From a virus (Duplodnaviria; Caudoviricetes), in IMG/VR virus record IMGVR_UViG_3300046488_000260, positions 1 through 61,664 of that record: DNA of 61,664 nt. One strand, given 5' to 3'. Made by a program: the position numbers and the translations under genes. The notes beneath the pieces are model-generated. The model did not search any database. It saw only the letters and a list, made by a program, of their open reading frames with translations, and was not told where the DNA came from. This document shows, piece by piece, positions 57,592-61,664 of this stretch; within the stretch, counting starts at the first letter, position 1, and every line of letters starts with the position of its first letter.

Positions 57592-59508
57592 ATGGCAGGT
57601 TGGCTCACAAGAACGAATTGGGCGGACGGCGATATGCCGAACGGCCAGGACTTCAGCAACATCGGTCTGGACATTCGCACATGGGGCGGGGCGGTGGACG
57701 CGGCCAACAATCCGCTCAACAACCTGTCCCTCGTGCGTCTAAACCCCGCCGCGTTGCCATCCGTGCCCTCCGCGGGCTCGTTTGTGTACGACTCCGCCGA
57801 TGCCAACCTTAAGTTCTACAACGGATCGGGCTGGTTTGTCGTTGGCGGCGCGAACCAGCCTCCGCACTGGTATGTCGGTTCGGGTCCGCCCGCAGGCGGC
57901 TCCGGTTTGACGGGCGACATGTACCTCAACAGCGCGAACGGCGATGTCTACGGCCCGAAGACCACGGTATGGGGCGGTCCTGCTCTCAACATTCGCGGGC
58001 CGCAGGGCATCCAGGGAGTTCAGGGGAACACGGGTCCGCAGGGTTCGCAGGGCGTCAAGGGTGACACCGGAAACACGGGCGCGCAAGGTCCGCAGGGGAA
58101 TCAGGGCATCCAGGGAATCCAGGGCGTTCAGGGGAACACGGGCTATGCGCCGCAGTACCTGCTTGGTTCCGGCGCGCCAAGCAACGGCCTGGGCAACAAC
58201 GGAGACATGTACATCAACTCGGCAACGAGCGACGTGTACGGGCCGAAGGCGGCTAGTGTCTGGACCGGGATCGTCTGCAACATCAAAGGCGCGCCGGGTA
58301 TTCAGGGTGTCAAGGGCGACACCGGCAACACGGGCGCGCAGGGCATTCAGGGCGTCAAAGGCGACATCGGCAACACAGGCGCGCAAGGCGTCCAAGGAAT
58401 CCAGGGCAACACTGGTACGACGGGAAATCCCGGCTACTCGCCGCTCTACATCGTCGCCGCTGGCGCGCCGGCTGGCGGCACGGGCAATAACGGGGACATG
58501 TATCTCAACTCCACGACCTCCGATGTTTACGGGCCGAAGGCGGGGGGTGCGTGGGGAGCCATTGTTGCGAACATCAAAGGCGCGACGGGGAACACGGGCG
58601 CGACGGGAACGACCGCCGTCTGGTTGAGCGGCGCCGGCGTCCCGTCGAGTGGCCTGGGCAACAACGGGGACATGTACCTCAACTCCACGACCGGAGATGT
58701 GTACGGGCCGAAGGCGGCCGGTGCGTGGGGCGCCATCGTCAAGAACCTTGTCGGACCTCCCGGAACTGGTATGAGCGATCCGGGATCGAACGGCATCATG
58801 TACCGCTCGGCGCTCAACACGTCGGCGGTTGCGACTGCCGCGCAGATCGAAGCCGCGCTCGGCTTCACGGATATCGCCACGGGCAACGTCTCCACGTCGG
58901 CGCATGGGTTGATGCCCAAGCTGGCAAACGACGCGACGAAGTTCCTGAATGGCGTCGGCTCCTGGGTGACGTTATTCTCGAACGGTCTTCTTGAGTTGCC
59001 GATGGTTGGAACGGGCAACGTCACGGCGGGCGCATACTACAGCGGCGGCTGGAAATATCGCGCCGCTTCCGCAGCGGCTCAGATCACCTTCAGTGGCGGC
59101 GATATTCAGTTCAACACCGCCGTTGCGGGTGCTCAGGATGCCACCGCTTCGTTCAGTACGCGGGCCACAATCCAAAATGGCGGCGGCAGCGCGATCACCA
59201 CCGGGATCAAGGGCGACCTGAAGGTGGACTTCAACTGCACGGTCACGGCCTGGACGCTGTTGGCCGATCAAAGCGGCAGCGTCGTGGTGAACGTCTGGAA
59301 AGTGGCGCAAGCCAGCTATCCGGCCACCAGCGGCAACAAGATCACGGCCAGCGCGCCGCCAACGGTTTCATCGGCTACTTATGCAACCAGCAGCACCTTG
59401 ACCGGCTGGACAACTTCTATCGCGGCGGGTGACTGCTTGCGGTTCAATGTGGATTCGATCACGACTTGCACGCGGGCCGTCTTAATCCTCAAGGTGACGA
59501 AGACTTAG
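57592..59508 (+). CDS. Collagen-like tail fibre protein
   Basis: Gly-X-Y runs separated by four GDMY(L/I)NS...DVYGPK repeats. Confidence 0.85.
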   Translation: MAGWLTRTNWADGDMPNGQDFSNIGLDIRTWGGAVDAANNPLNNLSLVRLNPAALPSVPSAGSFVYDSADANLKFYNGSGWFVVGGANQPPHWYVGSGPPAGGSGLTGDMYLNSANGDVYGPKTTVWGGPALNIRGPQGIQGVQGNTGPQGSQGVKGDTGNTGAQGPQGNQGIQGIQGVQGNTGYAPQYLLGSGAPSNGLGNNGDMYINSATSDVYGPKAASVWTGIVCNIKGAPGIQGVKGDTGNTGAQGIQGVKGDIGNTGAQGVQGIQGNTGTTGNPGYSPLYIVAAGAPAGGTGNNGDMYLNSTTSDVYGPKAGGAWGAIVANIKGATGNTGATGTTAVWLSGAGVPSSGLGNNGDMYLNSTTGDVYGPKAAGAWGAIVKNLVGPPGTGMSDPGSNGIMYRSALNTSAVATAAQIEAALGFTDIATGNVSTSAHGLMPKLANDATKFLNGVGSWVTLFSNGLLELPMVGTGNVTAGAYYSGGWKYRAASAAAQITFSGGDIQFNTAVAGAQDATASFSTRATIQNGGGSAITTGIKGDLKVDFNCTVTAWTLLADQSGSVVVNVWKVAQASYPATSGNKITASAPPTVSSATYATSSTLTGWTTSIAAGDCLRFNVDSITTCTRAVLILKVTKT

Positions 59509-59509
59509 T

Positions 59510-60676
59510 ATGGCTACCGTCGAAACATACGCCGGCCCAACCGATTTCTGGTGGACGTGCCCCGCTGGCGTCCACAGCGTCCAGGTGGAGTGTTGGGGCG
59601 CGGGTGCTGGTGGGCAAGGCTGTTATAACTACGGGGGCGATCCAGACAATGTAAATTGGCAGGCCGGGTACGGTGGTCCCGGTGGGTCGTATGCAAGGAA
59701 AAACGCGTTCCCGGTCACCCCTGGCTCAACGTATCGAGTAACTGTTGGCACGGGCGGTACGTCGAATCCTGGGACTGCAACTTCGGGTTCCAACTATGGC
59801 GGATGCGGCACAAATTCCACATTCACCAATAACTCTTATACCAGTTCTGTCGTTGGTGCAGGCCAAGTAAATCCCTACATGCCGGGGGATTCAGGGGCAA
59901 CGGGTTCGGGCAGTCCGCTGGACGGTAATACTCAAGGGGCTTCGGGTGCGGCGAATTCCGGTTTCTATGGCGGGACCGGAGGAACCGGTGGAGGCCCCGG
60001 TGGTGGTGGCGGCGGGGCTGGTGCCGGTGGCGGGGCCGCTGGCGTTGGTTCTGCCCCCGGTGGTGGCGGCGGAGGCGGGAGTAACCCCGTTTATGCTCAC
60101 ACTGCGAGTGCCGCAGGGGCTTGGGGCAAGATCGTTCTCACTTACACGCCAGATCCGGTCGCCGCAACGCCAACGTTCGCTCCCGGCGCGGGCAGTTCCG
60201 CCGACACGATCACGGTAACGATCTCCAGCACGACGCCGGGGATGACGTTCCGGTACACGACGGACGGCTCGACGCCGACCAATTCTTACGGAACCGTGGG
60301 TACGTCAGTATCGGTCAGCCAGAACTGCACCGTCAAGGCAATCTGCTACGGCAGCGGCTACCAGGACAGCGGCGTTGGTTCGGCGGCGTACACCATCAAC
60401 GTCGCAACGCCGACGTTCGCGCCGGGGGCGGGCACTTACGCGGGGAACCAGACCGTCAACATTTCCTGCGCGACCAGCGGCGTGACGATCCGTTACACGA
60501 CGGACGGCTCGACGCCGACCAGCGGCGGCAACGGCACGGTGGGCACATCGGCGTCCATCACGTCATCCTGCACGCTCAAAGCAATTGCTTACCGGGCGGG
60601 CTGCACGGACAGCGGTGCGCAGTCGGCGGCTTACATAATCAGCAAGGGCGGCAACCAGGCTGCCGTCATGGGATAA
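59510..60676 (+). CDS. Glycine-rich protein with two chitobiase/Fn3-like (CHB_HEX_C-type) domains
   Basis: WTCPAGV.SV.VECWGAG Gly-rich domain; ATPTFAPGAG...RYTTDGSTPT...KAI x2. Confidence 0.8.
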   Translation: MATVETYAGPTDFWWTCPAGVHSVQVECWGAGAGGQGCYNYGGDPDNVNWQAGYGGPGGSYARKNAFPVTPGSTYRVTVGTGGTSNPGTATSGSNYGGCGTNSTFTNNSYTSSVVGAGQVNPYMPGDSGATGSGSPLDGNTQGASGAANSGFYGGTGGTGGGPGGGGGGAGAGGGAAGVGSAPGGGGGGGSNPVYAHTASAAGAWGKIVLTYTPDPVAATPTFAPGAGSSADTITVTISSTTPGMTFRYTTDGSTPTNSYGTVGTSVSVSQNCTVKAICYGSGYQDSGVGSAAYTINVATPTFAPGAGTYAGNQTVNISCATSGVTIRYTTDGSTPTSGGNGTVGTSASITSSCTLKAIAYRAGCTDSGAQSAAYIISKGGNQAAVMG

Positions 60677-60687
60677 GGAGACAAAAC

Positions 60688-61275
60688 ATGGCAACATACC
60701 TCGCACTCGCAAACCTCGCGACCGATGGCGCTTTTCTCGCGCGCATCGGGTACGCAATCGGCAAATATGCCGCTTACATCTTCAACGAAGCACCGGACGC
60801 GACGGACCATGCAAAGCGCCTCAACTGGGCGCTGAAGGCCACCGCGAACCCGCCGGCGATGGCGGCGGCCCTGGTGGGTTCGATCACCCGCGACGCCAAC
60901 GTGGTAGCGAACCTGGCGGCGGTGGCCGACACCGACCTCCAGACGGCCACGGAGACGGCCGCTAACACCATGATCGGCGTACCGATCAGCTACTCCGATC
61001 TCAACGCCCTGGCGAACGACAACACGTTCCTGCGGCGCGTGCAGATCGCCATCGCTCACTTCGCCAACTACATCCTGAACGAGTCGCCGGCCACCCCGAA
61101 CCACGCGGCGCGGTACCAGTGGGCGCGCACCTCCATTCTCAACACGCAGGGCATAGCGAACGCTCTGGCGCCGGCTGTGGTCATGGCCGACACGGTGGCG
61201 GCGAAGCTCCTGGGCACGAGCGACGCGGAGCTGCAGTCGGCGGTGGAGTTCGAGGCGAACCAGCTTCTCCTGTGA
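60688..61275 (+). CDS. Hypothetical protein made of two homologous halves
   Basis: LA.D..FL.R...AI...A.YI.NE.P....HA.R..WA...D..LQ.A.E occurs twice; AAGGAG RBS. Confidence 0.75.
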   Translation: MATYLALANLATDGAFLARIGYAIGKYAAYIFNEAPDATDHAKRLNWALKATANPPAMAAALVGSITRDANVVANLAAVADTDLQTATETAANTMIGVPISYSDLNALANDNTFLRRVQIAIAHFANYILNESPATPNHAARYQWARTSILNTQGIANALAPAVVMADTVAAKLLGTSDAELQSAVEFEANQLLL

Positions 61276-61541
61276 GGTTGCATGTCGTTCCCCGCTCTGA
61301 TCGTCTCGCCCACCAGGTCTGCCCAACCATGGGGCCGAGGGGTCGCGAGCGGCCTGCACCGAGCATTATCACAGCAGCCCGCGGCGTCGTCTAACGGAGT
61401 GAAATGTCGAATCAACCTGAACTGACCCCTGTCGATGACCAAACCCTCCAAGCAGTGTGGAACAGGGCGGTGAGGCTTACCGTTGGGCGGTCATCCGACG
61501 CCTGATCGAGCAGCGAATGTTGGTGGCATATCGAGACTCAA

Positions 61542-61664
61542 CTACCCAACCTCCGGTTGGCGGTTGCGGCAGTGGTAGCGCAGCAACGCGAGACCGTTGT
61601 TGTAAAGGCGGAGCGCGCGGGAATTCTGGAAGCTGGTGGCGCCCTTCGTGCAGCCGTTGGTCAT
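61542..61664 (-). CDS. Short ORF or 3' end of a gene continuing beyond the window
   Basis: MTNGCTKGATSFQNSRALRLYNNGLALLRYHCRNRQPEVG*; open to the window edge. Confidence 0.3.
   Translation of the reverse strand: MTNGCTKGATSFQNSRALRLYNNGLALLRYHCRNRQPEVG

Larger units (their letters stand above)
1..61275. mobile_element. Temperate siphophage/prophage: integrase, cargo, replication, packaging, head and tail modules; true ends not visible
   Basis: Contiguous serine integrase, primase/helicase, GpA terminase, lambda-type portal, capsid, tail tube, tape measure and fibre genes; no sheath gene recognised. Confidence 0.93.

Noticed and set aside
54562-61275. Diversity-generating retroelement or shufflon acting on the fibre genes
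   Set aside because: No reverse transcriptase or invertase here; the repeats are in-frame coding duplications not limited to adenine differences
61418-61430. TGAACTGACCCC resembling an IS3 end or a RAYT-associated REP
   Set aside because: Single short copy with no partner repeat or transposase in the window
61389-61488. Integron attC-like site on the minus strand (GCCCAAC...GTTAGAC)
   Set aside because: Only the outer AACGG/CCGTT pair; no L-box complementarity and no integron integrase

Overview
This is a GC-rich, ~62 kb temperate siphophage (prophage or integrative phage). The host is probably Acidobacteriota-like; this is an inference from host-like cargo genes and a tRNA-Ala fragment, not a database result. 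Left to right: (1) large serine recombinase plus a small partner gene; (2) a defence-like cargo island with a GNAT-PIN-GNAT-EVE/PUA protein, an ASCH protein, a decayed HNH-like gene, and a reverse operon of type III-like Mod, Res, a 173-aa ORF and a DUF1828-like ORF; (3) a degenerate tRNA 3'-half at the island boundary; (4) two unknown genes where a cI repressor would be expected, followed by CGCCTAC repeats; (5) an early operon with HTH, sigma-like protein, PD-(D/E)XK nuclease, AAA_24/Sak4-like ATPase, DUF669, ERCC4 nuclease, RecD2 helicase, primase-helicase and origin-like repeats; (6) a reverse-strand PNP-nucleosidase/MORN-repeat moron; (7) an HNH gene, a putative cos region and two ParB-methyltransferases, one split at a G7 tract; (8) a lambda-like head module; (9) a tail module with a moron (sigma2-only ECF fragment plus TPR-like gene), a -1 frameshifted tail chaperone, tape measure, tail tip and several repeat-rich fibre genes. 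No endolysin, canonical repressor, CRISPR array or reverse transcriptase was recognised. All family assignments come from motif recognition by eye and need HMM confirmation.
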